This document shows, in pieces, positions 13,331-23,990 of a DNA stretch of 37,624 nt; the first letter of the stretch is position 1; each line of letters starts with the position of its first letter. Where the stretch lies: IMG/VR virus record IMGVR_UViG_3300033402_000312; one strand, 5' to 3'. The notes below the pieces were generated by a model that was given only the letters and a program-made list of their open reading frames with translations, made no database searches and was not told the DNA's origin. The position numbers and the translations under genes were made by a program. This DNA is from a virus.

Positions 13331-14764
13331 TCAAATACTTGGCTCCACAGGCTTTGTCTCGATAAAGTCCTTGTCTGTGATGGCGCGGAACCCGACGCGC
13401 TGCACGCGACCGGCGCTGCGCAAATAATGATAGACCTGCCAGTTCCCGTCGTCGAGCTTCACCCCGTAGCGGCGGATGAAGTAGTGGGGTATGACGACGA
13501 CATTCCTTCCTTCGTAGGTGCCGTAATACCCGGCGCGACCAATCACCATCTTGCCTTCCATGACCGGCTTCCCCGCGAGGTTGTCGGACTTCAAACGCTT
13601 CTGTAGCTTGCCGAGCGGCACAAGGTCGTCGTAGGTTTTCCACGGCTTGAGGTACACCACTTTGCCGTCGCCGCTGACGCGCATCACGTTGTCGGGGTGC
13701 ACGGTGTCCCGCTCGTGGCGGTATTGCGGCCCGGGAGCTTCTGGCTCGGCGGCTTCCTTGACCTCTTCCTTCGGGGCCCCCTTCATATCCTTCGGCTGCT
13801 CAAGCTGCTCCTGCGGGATCATAGTCCACTTGAAGCGGTTCCTCGGCACGGGGAAGTTGAGCAGGCGCATCTTGCGGAACGTGGGGCGTCCGGGGAAAAT
13901 CTGGGAGCGTCCGTCAGGGAACTTGGCAATCCAGTCCTCCGGGCCACGGTACAGCGCCATGTCGCCGCCAGCCACCCCCTCGGGCTGGTATGTCATGCCG
14001 CCCACGGAGATCGCACGCGGGATGCCGTTGAGCGGCGCGGCTTTCATCTCCTGCTCGTTCACGAAACTCACGGGCGCGGTGAAGTCCACGCTGCCCTTCT
14101 TCAGCATCTTGAGAAGCTGGTTCTTGAACTGCTTCCCGCCGAGCGGGATCGTCCCCGTGGGGCGGCCAAGCTGGTCGTACACGATCACGAACAGCGGCTT
14201 CGGCTGCTGCCTGAGCGAGCGGTTGCGGTACTGCCGTATCACGCGGGCGGTGTCGCTCGGCTTCGTCTTCTGCTTCGGCGAGTACGTGAGTTCGATGTGG
14301 CGAACCTTCGGCTCGCGCTTGATCTTCTTTCCCGAGCCGGTCACCACGTGCTTCTGCGTGGCGTTGATGAAGTCCATCGGGATGTCGAACGTGCCCTCGT
14401 ATACCTGCACGGTCGGGTCTTGCCCCGCAGGGTCTTGGTCTTTCGCCGTGTCCGCCTCGGTGCTCATGCTCTTGAACGCGGAAAGCACGGTCTGGTAAAT
14501 CTTCACAATGACAGGCTCCTCGTATTCCTGCGCGAGCATGAACGACGCGACCTCGTCAAGCAGCACGTTGACAGCCTCGGCGATAAGCCCGGACATGGCG
14601 CGAGGCTCCCCCTCGGCCAACGGGAAGTTCATCGAAAACACAGTAAAGTTGGGAATCCCGAGGTCAAGCGCAAGGGTCACACGGGGGTTCACGTCGCGGA
14701 TGATCGCAAGTTCGAGCACTCCGTGGGGAGGCGAGACATAAGCGTTTTTGGTCGCGTTTTCCAT
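13331..14764 (-). CDS. hypothetical protein (477 aa)
   Basis: Long ORF with genome-typical codon usage; no family recognised. Confidence 0.85.
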   Translation of the reverse strand: MENATKNAYVSPPHGVLELAIIRDVNPRVTLALDLGIPNFTVFSMNFPLAEGEPRAMSGLIAEAVNVLLDEVASFMLAQEYEEPVIVKIYQTVLSAFKSMSTEADTAKDQDPAGQDPTVQVYEGTFDIPMDFINATQKHVVTGSGKKIKREPKVRHIELTYSPKQKTKPSDTARVIRQYRNRSLRQQPKPLFVIVYDQLGRPTGTIPLGGKQFKNQLLKMLKKGSVDFTAPVSFVNEQEMKAAPLNGIPRAISVGGMTYQPEGVAGGDMALYRGPEDWIAKFPDGRSQIFPGRPTFRKMRLLNFPVPRNRFKWTMIPQEQLEQPKDMKGAPKEEVKEAAEPEAPGPQYRHERDTVHPDNVMRVSGDGKVVYLKPWKTYDDLVPLGKLQKRLKSDNLAGKPVMEGKMVIGRAGYYGTYEGRNVVVIPHYFIRRYGVKLDDGNWQVYHYLRSAGRVQRVGFRAITDKDFIETKPVEPSI

Positions 14765-14800
14765 CTGCTTATGAGCTTCCTAAGCAAAATTCACATGAAC

Positions 14801-17269
14801 TTAGTAAAGCCCGAAAATGAACAACTCGTCGCCACCGGACAGTTCCCAAACTTGATCCAACCTTGGGGCCACAAGACCGTACAGGTGGCTCGGGTCAACG
14901 TTTCCGACCTCCCCGGTCGGGGGCGGCGGGGTGATTCCGGTCCCCAAGTTCAGGATTTGCACCCAGCCAGCCGGGGCGCTGAACGTGTTAGCGCCGATGT
15001 TGCGCCATGCCACGTTGCCGTCAGGAGTGCCGCCGTTGAGCGACAAATTCCAGCTTGGCTTGGAGTTCTGCGACACGCCAGCGTTCAGCGCAAGCTGCTG
15101 GTTGCCGTTCGGGTCCACCACGATCTGGCCGAGGAACACCGTTCCGCCCGGAACCCAGCTTGATCCGATGGCTATGCTGGAAAGGTTGCTGTTGATCGGC
15201 GGGTTCCCGAGCACATAGACGCCGTTGCTGAGGTAATAGGCGGACTGGAGCGTCGGCGAAAGCATGCCAGCATTGGCTTGAATGCTGGGCGTCTGGATCG
15301 CCACGTCAGCGGTGTTCGTGACTTGGAACGTGGACACCTCGGCGGTGCCGGAGTCAAATGGGTTAGAAAAATCCGTCCCGGCGAAATTCGCCGTGAAGCT
15401 GGTGGGCGTCGCCGAAAGTACAACCAAAGTCTGCCCATTCAGGAACGGCTCGGCTGTGTTGGCAAACGTTACCAGCATGCCGGGCTTGAAACTGTTTGCC
15501 GTTGTCACGGTAAGGACGTTTGAACTGAGTTGGGTCGCCCGCACGTTGGCGACGATGTTGTGCACGTCATGGATCGGGGCGGTGACGTTGAGTGCAGCCG
15601 CGCTGAATCCCGCGACGGTGACATACTCGCCCTCATGGAGGAACTGTGTCGTCGGCACGTAGGTGTACGTGGCGTTCGTGCCGTCCGACATGCCGTTGAG
15701 GATGTTGACAAACACGGTCGGGAGCGCCTGCCACTGCGAAGGCGTAAGCTGGGCGGAAAGCTTCCTGCCGTACGCCGCGACGGTCGTCTTTGGGTTCGCG
15801 GGATTGAGCGGGATCGGGTTGCCTTGCCCGTCCTTCGCCACGGTGCCGTCCGCGTTGAGCTTGAAGTTGGAGAGGGGGGCGATCCACAGCATGGGCCCAT
15901 ATGGCGGCTGCTCTATTTGCTGCACGAAGATGCGCAGCGTGTCCGTCATGCCTGACGGCACGGAGTCGCAAGGCACGCAGCAAAGGTTCGTGTAAAGCTG
16001 CTGGTAAAGCGCACGCCATGCCGAGTTGAGAGCGTTGAACTGAACGGTAGTAATGTCAGCAGGCAGGCCGAACGTCGCCGTTCCTGTGGCTTCCGCCTGC
16101 GCTGGGTAGTTCGGGTGCGCAAAGCTTGCCGTGAACGAGTTGCCTGACACGGAAGTCACCGTGAGGGGCACGCCGTTCAGGAACGTCGAGACCCCAAGGT
16201 TGATGAGCGTGACAACCGTGCCAGCCGACAGCGGGACGGCAAAGCTGAGGTTGACCGTAAGCGTGTTGAACGACACGGAGGTGCTTACCACAGCCGGGGA
16301 AACCCCAGTCCACGTCAATTGATTGTCTCCGGTTGCGGCTCCGACCAGGTTGCCGTGCGCATCCAAAACCGCGCCAACGGTGCTCCACGGCGGCTGCACG
16401 ATGCCGCTGGTATTGGGGTACATGCCGATGCCGGTCACGATTTGGAAGTTGCCGTTGGAGTCCCGCAGCAGGCTGCCCAGCGGGTACACGGTGGTCTTCT
16501 TCCAGTACAATGCCGGGTTGATAGCCGTGTATCCCGTGAATTGGAAGAAAGCCTGCTCATAGGCCGGGAGCAGCGCGAACTGCTGCTGCGTCACGTTCTG
16601 CGGGCTGACTATGCACTGCAAGTCCTCGCCCTCGCCGAAGACCGTCGTGAACTCAAGCCCGACGTGCGCTGGCTTGGCGAGCGCGATGGCGTTGTAGAGG
16701 CTCTGGACGATGGTCTGAAGCTGGAGCAGCGAGGTGATCGTCGTCAGGGGGTTCGACCCCGCCCCGCCGACCTGCACGGCCACGCTGATCGCGTTGCGGT
16801 CGGACTGGTCGTAGACTCCGTTCCCGATCAGCTTGTAAAGCTCCACGACGTTGACGGAAATCCCCGTGTACGCAAGGATGACGTCGTGGATCGCCTTGAC
16901 AGTCGTCCCCTCTTGGTACGCGGAAATAAGCTCGACGAGCATCTGCTTGTACTGCGTGTCGAACTGCCCCAGCGCGGGCCAGTTGGACGAGATGTACAGC
17001 GGCGCTGCCCAGCGGCGACGGATGTCCGGGGGCGTCAGCAGGCTCGGGTCTTTGTTGACGAGGTCGTAGGAGTAGTCGTAGTCCAGCTTTGCAAGCTCGA
17101 TTGCCAGCGCCCTGACGAAGTTTCCCCAGATGCTTTGGTCGTTGCGTGTTGAGTAAAAATCCGCGACCGCCTGTAGTAAACTGTTCAGCCGGGCGTCTTC
17201 GTACCTCAACAGCGATTCACGGTTACGAAGGTATAGAAGGTCTGGGTTATTGTTGGGCGCACTAGCCAT
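14801..17269 (-). CDS. baseplate wedge/tail protein (P2 gpI-like N-terminus plus beta-repeat domains; 822 aa)
   Basis: YKQMLVELISAYQEGTT.KAI..VI..YTG and LAKPAHV motifs; follows the gpJ-like gene; start MASAPNN. Confidence 0.7.
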   Translation of the reverse strand: MASAPNNNPDLLYLRNRESLLRYEDARLNSLLQAVADFYSTRNDQSIWGNFVRALAIELAKLDYDYSYDLVNKDPSLLTPPDIRRRWAAPLYISSNWPALGQFDTQYKQMLVELISAYQEGTTVKAIHDVILAYTGISVNVVELYKLIGNGVYDQSDRNAISVAVQVGGAGSNPLTTITSLLQLQTIVQSLYNAIALAKPAHVGLEFTTVFGEGEDLQCIVSPQNVTQQQFALLPAYEQAFFQFTGYTAINPALYWKKTTVYPLGSLLRDSNGNFQIVTGIGMYPNTSGIVQPPWSTVGAVLDAHGNLVGAATGDNQLTWTGVSPAVVSTSVSFNTLTVNLSFAVPLSAGTVVTLINLGVSTFLNGVPLTVTSVSGNSFTASFAHPNYPAQAEATGTATFGLPADITTVQFNALNSAWRALYQQLYTNLCCVPCDSVPSGMTDTLRIFVQQIEQPPYGPMLWIAPLSNFKLNADGTVAKDGQGNPIPLNPANPKTTVAAYGRKLSAQLTPSQWQALPTVFVNILNGMSDGTNATYTYVPTTQFLHEGEYVTVAGFSAAALNVTAPIHDVHNIVANVRATQLSSNVLTVTTANSFKPGMLVTFANTAEPFLNGQTLVVLSATPTSFTANFAGTDFSNPFDSGTAEVSTFQVTNTADVAIQTPSIQANAGMLSPTLQSAYYLSNGVYVLGNPPINSNLSSIAIGSSWVPGGTVFLGQIVVDPNGNQQLALNAGVSQNSKPSWNLSLNGGTPDGNVAWRNIGANTFSAPAGWVQILNLGTGITPPPPTGEVGNVDPSHLYGLVAPRLDQVWELSGGDELFIFGLY

Positions 17270-18068
17270 TGGACGTCCTCTTTGCCAGTCGGCACTCAAC
17301 CATGTAACGGATGTGTTCCGCAGAGACACCACGCTTTTTGGCAGCTTCGCTCATGCGCTTCTTGGTCTCTTCGGTGCGCTTTTTGCCCCTCAGAGCGATG
17401 GAGCGTTTTTGCAATGTTTCAGCGGATGGATGTCTGCCGGTAAGAGCTTCGCTCATCTTTCTACGGGATTCTTCAGAATGCCTTCTGCCAAAAAACGGAT
17501 TGGATTTCCCGGCTATTGCTTTTCTAACCGACTCGCTGATTTTCTTCTTGACATCTTCCGTCACATGTTTTCCCAACATGTGACGGGAGGAACGTTCGCT
17601 ACGTATTTGGCGTTCTTCCTCTGACTGTTTTCGACCGAGATTATATTGGTTACCTACGTGAACTCGTGTACGCTGAAACACAATTTTCGGGTCTTGTTTC
17701 TTACCTAATTTAGCAACACGCATTTTCATTCGGTCTTCTAAACTACGCTTTTTTCCGCGCCAATAATCAGCACCCTCTCCGCCCGATGTTAGGTTGTAGC
17801 CAAATTGATGGTCATTAGCTCTGTATTTGGTGATGTAAAATTTTTCTTGAGCAGAAAGGTCTTCTTTAGAAGATGCGTAACCAGATAAAAGACAAATTTC
17901 AAAGGCGTTCCTTCCGTGCATTCGTATAGCATTGTACAAATATGGGCAATAGTTCTTGCCCGCAAGAGCGAACTTAAAATGCTCATTTTCCCGTAGCCCA
18001 AAACGGCGAAAACTTTTGCCGACGTAAATCTTACCGTCCAGCTTGTTAACAATGGTGTAAATGTGCAT
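17262..18068 (-). CDS. GIY-YIG homing endonuclease (NUMOD3 repeats; 268 aa)
   Basis: HIYTIVNKLDGKIYVGKS, GYNLTSGGEG, NPFFGRRHSEESRRKMS. Confidence 0.9.
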   Translation of the reverse strand: MHIYTIVNKLDGKIYVGKSFRRFGLRENEHFKFALAGKNYCPYLYNAIRMHGRNAFEICLLSGYASSKEDLSAQEKFYITKYRANDHQFGYNLTSGGEGADYWRGKKRSLEDRMKMRVAKLGKKQDPKIVFQRTRVHVGNQYNLGRKQSEEERQIRSERSSRHMLGKHVTEDVKKKISESVRKAIAGKSNPFFGRRHSEESRRKMSEALTGRHPSAETLQKRSIALRGKKRTEETKKRMSEAAKKRGVSAEHIRYMVECRLAKRTSNG

Positions 18069-18079
18069 ATACTTAGAAA

Positions 18080-21000
18080 CTACAAAGTCGTATTGCTAAG
18101 GTAATTTATTGTAATGACCCCAGGGGCCAGGTACTCGGTCGGCGACACCGTGATGTCCTTTGCCCCGCCCTCGTTGTAGACTTGGTAAGTGACGAAGAAG
18201 GAAAGCTGCGCCGGGGTCGGGACATCGAGCGGGATCGTCAAGGCGACCTTTCCGCTGTCGGGGTCGTCCGTGCCGTAGATGTAGAACGAGCCGGGCGTGG
18301 AATTCACGACGCCGGGCGCGACCGCGAGATGCGGGACGGCGGGGCTGTTGTTCTGGAAGTCCTGCAAGGACGCGGCGCGGCGGAAGACCTGGCCTTGGTA
18401 CAGCACGTCCACTATCGCGGTCGGCTGCCCTCCCGTGTCGATGGTGCTGTCGGGCAACACCGGGTTGGCGGTGACCCATGCGTTGTTTGTCTTGTTCGTC
18501 TGCGTCCAGGCTGTGCCCGTGGGTATTACGACGCCGATGTCGTACGAGCCGTCGCTCTTCGCGCACTTGTTGAGCGGAAGCTCCACGCTCTGCACGCCCG
18601 TGATCGCCTGCACTTGGCTGACAAGCTCGGACTGGAACAGGGTGGTCGAGGAGTTGTCGAGCACCACGTTGATTGCTGTGCGGATGACCGGATCGACCGT
18701 CGCAGCATTGGTGTTTGCGTCTAGCGTGACCGTCATGGTGATGTCAACATTGTTGGCGACCTCCGCCTTGATAAGCACGTCCGCCGCAGCCGACTGGGTC
18801 TGCGCAATGGTGTTCGCCAAAAGCTCCACGAATGTCGGGTATTGGGTGGACACGGTGAACGTTTCGACCGTGAAGTAGGAAACCAGCACAGTCCCGCCGT
18901 CCGGGATTCTCCCCGTGAGAATCCTAGCCAAGGTCGCGGAGCCGGAAGCCGGATCGACTGTCAGCGTGAAGTCGAGGTTCTCCTTCATCACGACGTTCGT
19001 CACGCCATTGTTGTACGTGACCTTGATGTAGCGGTTGGCGTAGGGAATCTGGTTGCCGACAAGACCGCTCGGGTCAAATGTGGCGGAGCCGACCACGTCC
19101 AGCCCTCCGTCGTTGCCGAAGGCCCCGTTCCACCCGTCAAGGACAAGAGCCAATGGGTTGAAATCGAATGGAGCCACGGCAGGAAGGTTTCCGGTGTTCG
19201 CTTGGTTCGAGTTGAACACCCCGGTGCTGTAGCTCTGCGGGAGCCATGTGTTATACACGAACCCGTCATTGTCCAGCGTGGTCGGCAGCGTGCCGCTGAG
19301 CACCTGCGACTCGTCGGAGATGAACGACAGGCGCTCGTAGAGGACGTACTCGTTGTAGGAGACAATGACCTGCTGCCCGACTTGAAGGGCGCTGCCCGTG
19401 ACGGTGCCCGAAGTCAGCGTCGGGCCGGTGTTGGCGTAGTTGAACGTGGCCGTGAACTGGGTCGGCGAAACCGTGGCGACGGTCACAGCCTGACCGTTGA
19501 GAATCGACGCGAAGGTCGGATCAAGGATGCCGCTGAGTGCCACAGACGCCCCCACGCCGAAGTCGTTCGGCACGGTTACGGTCAGTATACTGTTCACGAT
19601 CTGAAGCTGTGTCAGCGTCGCGGACGACGTGAGCGGCTGGATGCCGTACTCGTAGTACGGGCCGTAGGCGACGATGCTGTAGTCCTTTCCGAACACATAC
19701 AAAGTGGACAGGTCGAGGCTCCGCACGCTCAGGACATTGAGCGGCACGCCAGCCGAACTGAGGGGCTGGCTCATGCCGATGGCAATGAGCGTCGGCGCGG
19801 TCAGCGAGCCGATAGTGACGGTGGCCTGAGCCGGTGCGCTGGTCAGCGGGACTTGCACGATGTCGCCAGCGTCGTTGGAGCCTCCGTTCAGGAGGAAATC
19901 CGACGTGTGAACGAGGGTCACGTCGCTGATGGGCAGGACGCCCGTCTCGGTGGCTGACCCGGTGACGGAGTAGACCTGGAGCACGGGCTGAAGCGCCGGG
20001 ACGTGCGAGAACGGCGAGGCGAGCCTCATGAAGAGCGCGAAAGAGTACGTCCCGGTTGCAGCGCCTGCCAGCGCCGCCAGCGCCGCTTGGTTCGTAGCCG
20101 GGGCGTTATTGATCGTAAGGGGGATTTTTGCTTGCGTGATTGAATTGCCCACGTACTGGTAGGCAATGTCGCCCGTGTTGATGGTGATTTGCCCTGTCGC
20201 GACGTTGAACTGCGCCCGGTCGAGCGAAAGGTAGAACGAGTTCGAGGCGCGGTTCACGAAAAGCTCAACGCCGTCGTACGGCGGGTACGCCAAGGCGCTG
20301 TAGTTGCTGATCTGGAACGTGTTGCTACCGATGTACGCCAGCGTCGAGTATGTGTTGGTGGTTCCGTACACGCCGTTGTTGGCGTAGGAGAATGGCACGA
20401 ACTCGTCCTGCTGGGAGAATGTCGTGCCCCTCGCGTAAATGTCCACCGCGCCAAATACATGCTTCAGGCGGGTCGGGTCCCAGTCGCGCAGCATCTCAAG
20501 GTCGCCAGCGGCGACCACTTGGGCAGAGATGATCCCCGGAGTGCTGAGCGCGGTCACCAGGTAGCCGTTGGCGGAACTGCTGTCGTTGCCCGTGAACTTG
20601 CGGGCTTGGATGCGTGCCGCGAACGCGGAGTTGGACTCTTGGTCGGTGCCGAACGCAGCGCCGACAAGGTTCGTGACGTTGACCCCGGTCGGCACGCTGC
20701 TCACTGCCGAGGTGATGGTGCCCGCCCCGACGTTGCCCACGGAGCCGGGCTGCGTGCATTGCGCCGGAACGCTGATGCCCCACCATCCGAGGCTCGTGTT
20801 GTAGTACGAGGCCAGGTTGGAGATGTTTATGATCCCCTGCCCTTGCGTGACGAACGTCAGCGACGACGTGGTCGAGTTCGGCAGGGTGGAAACCGTCGCC
20901 CCCTCCGGGATCGTGATGGTGGAGGTGGGCTGCTGGTAAGTGTAGAACGTCAGGACAACCGTTGACTGCGACGCGCCGAGGCGGGTCAGCCCCGCGTCCT

Positions 21001-23179
21001 CGCCCAGCAGGTCGAACTGCTCGTTGATGAGGTTCTGCGTGTCCTGCGGCGACAAGCCGTAGGCACGTGCGATCTGCTGCTTGTATGGGCTGGATTGGAA
21101 TGGGTCGGAAAGACCGTTGCCGCTGACGTTGTCAACCTGAGAGATGGCGGAGACCGAGGTGGCCACGCGTGCGAACCATTCGCGCACGGACATGTTCGCC
21201 ACTTCGATGGAGAACGGGTCAACGAAAATGTCCCGCACCTCGGAGCGCGGGGACAGGTCAAGGTCCGGAAGCTGCTTGTTGATCTGCGCGATCAGGCGGC
21301 CCGCAATGTTCTCCTTCTGCTGCAAGACCGGGAAGTCGGTGGGGTTGGCGAGGCTGAGGTTGACGTACCCGCAGAGCAGCGGGCCGTTTTCGACGGATTC
21401 GTACACGATGTTTGTGGTCGGGTCTTGGATGACGGTCGAGAACATCGCGTAAAATGTGGTTGCGTTGACGGTGGAGAACGGGATGTCCACCGTGCTGTAG
21501 TTCGTCAGCATCGAGGTGCTTGACGTCGATGTCGTGCTGGTCGAAATGATGCTGGTGGCTATGCCGCTGTCCGCGATGGAGGCGAATCCAATGTCGCTGG
21601 GGTTGACGTAATTCGCGCCAGCGAAGGGCGCTGTGAACTGGAACGGATTGGCCGTCGCCACGGTCAGAACCTGACCGTTCAGGAAAGACTCGGCAGTGCC
21701 GCTGATGACGACTTGCTGACCGATGACATAGCCGTTTGTCGCCGTCACAGTGAGGATGTTGCCCGAAATCTGAGTCGCAGTGATCGGGTTGCCGTAGTTT
21801 GCGGCAGTGAACAGCGACGTAAACCCGGACGGGGTCGCCGTCAGGATCGTCAAATTCTCGCCGTTCAGGAAAACGGCATTGGCTAGGCTTGCGATCTCCA
21901 CCACCATGCCGGGGACGAAATTGTTCTGCGACACGAAAGTAGCGAGGTTGTTGGCGAGCACCACGTTCGAGATGATCGCGGTCGGCACGTTGACTGACGT
22001 GCTGGAGGACGACGTGATGACCGTCTCGGCGGTGCTGGACACACCAGCGACAAGGTCTCCGTACTGGGTGAACGGCGGGTTGATTCCTGCTGGGTCAGTG
22101 GAAATCTGCACCCTGACACCCATGAAGCCGGGATAGTCCGGGGTCACCCATTGGAGCGTGCAGTTAGTTTGGTCTTTCAGCGCGGAAATGCCGGAAGGCG
22201 GCGCGATGGCAACCGAGAGGTTGCTTTGCGCGAACAGCAGGGAGAACCTGACCGTGGGCGTGATCGCCGTAGACCCTATGTTCGCCCACACAAGCTGGTT
22301 GTCCAGCGTTGCCGCTTGCACCGTTCCCGAGTCAGCGGCGGCGGGATAGTCCGCCTGTGTGAGCGGGGCGGTAAACTTTGTCGGGTCTGCGTAAGAGATC
22401 GTCACGACCTGACCGTTGAGCAATGTGGCGTTGACGAAACCCGTGAGATACACGGACTGTCCCACAGAAAAGTTGTTGGCGCAGATCACCGTGAGCAGGT
22501 TTCCCGATACGCTGACGCTCGTGCCGACAGTCGGCAGCAGCTTGCTCCACAAGGGTTGCGGCACTGCAATGCCGGTATCCGAGATGTTTGTGTAATTGTT
22601 GGCGACGAACGTCGCCGTGAAGCCCGTGTACGTCGGTCCGGTGCCGATGAGCGCGGCGACGAGGACGGTCTGACCGTTGAGCGCAGCCTCATCCGTCCCC
22701 GTGAAGACGACTGGCTGCCCCACAGTAAAGGTGTTGGAGCATGTCACGGTGAGGACGTTATTGACGACATTCGTGGCTGTGATCACCACCCCTGTCGAGG
22801 AGGATGTCCCGGACCCGGTGGACTGCACCACGACTTGCACGTTGCCGTTCGGGTCGGCGAGTCTTTCGCCCACGGAATAGTTGGTGCCCGGCTCCCACAT
22901 GACTGTCGGATCATAGTTGCGCCCGATGACCGTGACGTTCGTTTCCAGCACTGACGGCATGAGCGGGATAGATTGGGCAAACTGGTTTTGGGTGCCGACA
23001 AGCGAGAACGTGTTGATGGGGTAGGAGGTGTTGTAGATTCCCACCTCGACTCGGGTCGTGTTCGTGTCGGCATCGACGATGAACGGCAGGACGGTCGAGT
23101 CAATGGAGATCACAAATGTCCCGGTCGGCAGAACCGGCATTACCAGTTGAAGAGGCGTCAATGTCGCTGAGAGTGCCAC
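18080..23179 (-). CDS. large baseplate J-like wedge protein (1699 aa)
   Basis: Central gpJ signature (LGEDAGLTRLGA..STVVLTF...IPEGATV...CTQPGSVGNVGAGTIT...VTN...GTDQESNSAFAARI); N-terminal beta repeats and an FN3-like segment. Confidence 0.85.
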   Translation of the reverse strand: MALSATLTPLQLVMPVLPTGTFVISIDSTVLPFIVDADTNTTRVEVGIYNTSYPINTFSLVGTQNQFAQSIPLMPSVLETNVTVIGRNYDPTVMWEPGTNYSVGERLADPNGNVQVVVQSTGSGTSSSTGVVITATNVVNNVLTVTCSNTFTVGQPVVFTGTDEAALNGQTVLVAALIGTGPTYTGFTATFVANNYTNISDTGIAVPQPLWSKLLPTVGTSVSVSGNLLTVICANNFSVGQSVYLTGFVNATLLNGQVVTISYADPTKFTAPLTQADYPAAADSGTVQAATLDNQLVWANIGSTAITPTVRFSLLFAQSNLSVAIAPPSGISALKDQTNCTLQWVTPDYPGFMGVRVQISTDPAGINPPFTQYGDLVAGVSSTAETVITSSSSTSVNVPTAIISNVVLANNLATFVSQNNFVPGMVVEIASLANAVFLNGENLTILTATPSGFTSLFTAANYGNPITATQISGNILTVTATNGYVIGQQVVISGTAESFLNGQVLTVATANPFQFTAPFAGANYVNPSDIGFASIADSGIATSIISTSTTSTSSTSMLTNYSTVDIPFSTVNATTFYAMFSTVIQDPTTNIVYESVENGPLLCGYVNLSLANPTDFPVLQQKENIAGRLIAQINKQLPDLDLSPRSEVRDIFVDPFSIEVANMSVREWFARVATSVSAISQVDNVSGNGLSDPFQSSPYKQQIARAYGLSPQDTQNLINEQFDLLGEDAGLTRLGASQSTVVLTFYTYQQPTSTITIPEGATVSTLPNSTTSSLTFVTQGQGIINISNLASYYNTSLGWWGISVPAQCTQPGSVGNVGAGTITSAVSSVPTGVNVTNLVGAAFGTDQESNSAFAARIQARKFTGNDSSSANGYLVTALSTPGIISAQVVAAGDLEMLRDWDPTRLKHVFGAVDIYARGTTFSQQDEFVPFSYANNGVYGTTNTYSTLAYIGSNTFQISNYSALAYPPYDGVELFVNRASNSFYLSLDRAQFNVATGQITINTGDIAYQYVGNSITQAKIPLTINNAPATNQAALAALAGAATGTYSFALFMRLASPFSHVPALQPVLQVYSVTGSATETGVLPISDVTLVHTSDFLLNGGSNDAGDIVQVPLTSAPAQATVTIGSLTAPTLIAIGMSQPLSSAGVPLNVLSVRSLDLSTLYVFGKDYSIVAYGPYYEYGIQPLTSSATLTQLQIVNSILTVTVPNDFGVGASVALSGILDPTFASILNGQAVTVATVSPTQFTATFNYANTGPTLTSGTVTGSALQVGQQVIVSYNEYVLYERLSFISDESQVLSGTLPTTLDNDGFVYNTWLPQSYSTGVFNSNQANTGNLPAVAPFDFNPLALVLDGWNGAFGNDGGLDVVGSATFDPSGLVGNQIPYANRYIKVTYNNGVTNVVMKENLDFTLTVDPASGSATLARILTGRIPDGGTVLVSYFTVETFTVSTQYPTFVELLANTIAQTQSAAADVLIKAEVANNVDITMTVTLDANTNAATVDPVIRTAINVVLDNSSTTLFQSELVSQVQAITGVQSVELPLNKCAKSDGSYDIGVVIPTGTAWTQTNKTNNAWVTANPVLPDSTIDTGGQPTAIVDVLYQGQVFRRAASLQDFQNNSPAVPHLAVAPGVVNSTPGSFYIYGTDDPDSGKVALTIPLDVPTPAQLSFFVTYQVYNEGGAKDITVSPTEYLAPGVITINYLSNTTL

Positions 23180-23189
23180 TATCCGTTCC

Positions 23190-23984
23190 TCATGAATTCA
23201 TCTGCAAAGTGAAGCCCAAGGGCGCGGACTGCCCGCTGTAATTAGACACTGTCGCGCTGACCCTCACGATGGTGGGGTCGGTTTGGTCAGTCATCGCCGT
23301 CACGTTCACGATGTCCTTCAAAATCTCCTGCGGGTCTAGGTTCTGCACGGTGCTTTGCGCCTGCTGCACCTTTTGCATGTTGGTCAAGGCGTTGACTACC
23401 GCCGTCTGTATGTCCGTGTCCGTGATCTGAATACCGAGCTTGCGGCCGATGTAGGACTTTACGGCGCAAACAAAAGTCGGGTAGAACGGGCAGCGGGACG
23501 TCAAAACCCATTTCAAGGTTTTCTGTGTCAGCTTGGTGACCTGCGTGACCTCCGCGAACGGGTCGGCCCCAACACCCAGCTTGAAATCGTTAAGGTATCC
23601 CGTGGCGCTGCACTTCAGGCAGTAGTCCTGCACGGACACATAAGAGACCTCAATCAGGGGAAGGACAAGGCGCACGGGGTTGTTGAAGACGACCTTGTAG
23701 AAGATGTTGTCGGTCGTAAGGTCGATGCGGTTCGGGTCGAGCACCACTTGCCAGCCGTAGGTCGGGTCGTCCGAGTAAACTTCCTCCCCGCTGATCCACA
23801 TCTGCACCGCAGAAGCGCCGTTGATCGGGGCACGCTGATTGATGCTCGGCATGCCTGCATAGTTGAGAGTCCTGAAATCGTTTTGATTCACCACATACCG
23901 CTCAAACCACTGGTGGTGGTCGCACGCGCCGATGGGGAGGTTCGTCATCGGGTCGAACATCAAAGTGTTATAGTCGTAAGACAC
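23190..23984 (-). CDS. gp25-like baseplate wedge protein (264 aa)
   Basis: C-terminal KLTQKTLKWVLT...FYP...IGRK...EIL.DI.NV...DPT.VRVSATV pattern; adjacent to the gpJ-like gene. Confidence 0.7.
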   Translation of the reverse strand: MSYDYNTLMFDPMTNLPIGACDHHQWFERYVVNQNDFRTLNYAGMPSINQRAPINGASAVQMWISGEEVYSDDPTYGWQVVLDPNRIDLTTDNIFYKVVFNNPVRLVLPLIEVSYVSVQDYCLKCSATGYLNDFKLGVGADPFAEVTQVTKLTQKTLKWVLTSRCPFYPTFVCAVKSYIGRKLGIQITDTDIQTAVVNALTNMQKVQQAQSTVQNLDPQEILKDIVNVTAMTDQTDPTIVRVSATVSNYSGQSAPLGFTLQMNS

Positions 23985-23990
23985 TTTTTG

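Noticed and set aside
640-14790. Phage-specific late promoter motif (ACTTTC-N~12-GAGG-like) before several genes
   Set aside because: Instances are too few and degenerate to separate from SD sequences by eye; needs MEME on the whole genome.
10928-18068. Group I introns or inteins hosting the GIY-YIG genes
   Set aside because: The endonucleases sit between intact genes with no room for ribozyme cores and no intein motifs.
17789-18082. Amber read-through extension of the gpJ-like protein
   Set aside because: The extension would run in an alternative frame of the AT-rich endonuclease and looks non-coding.
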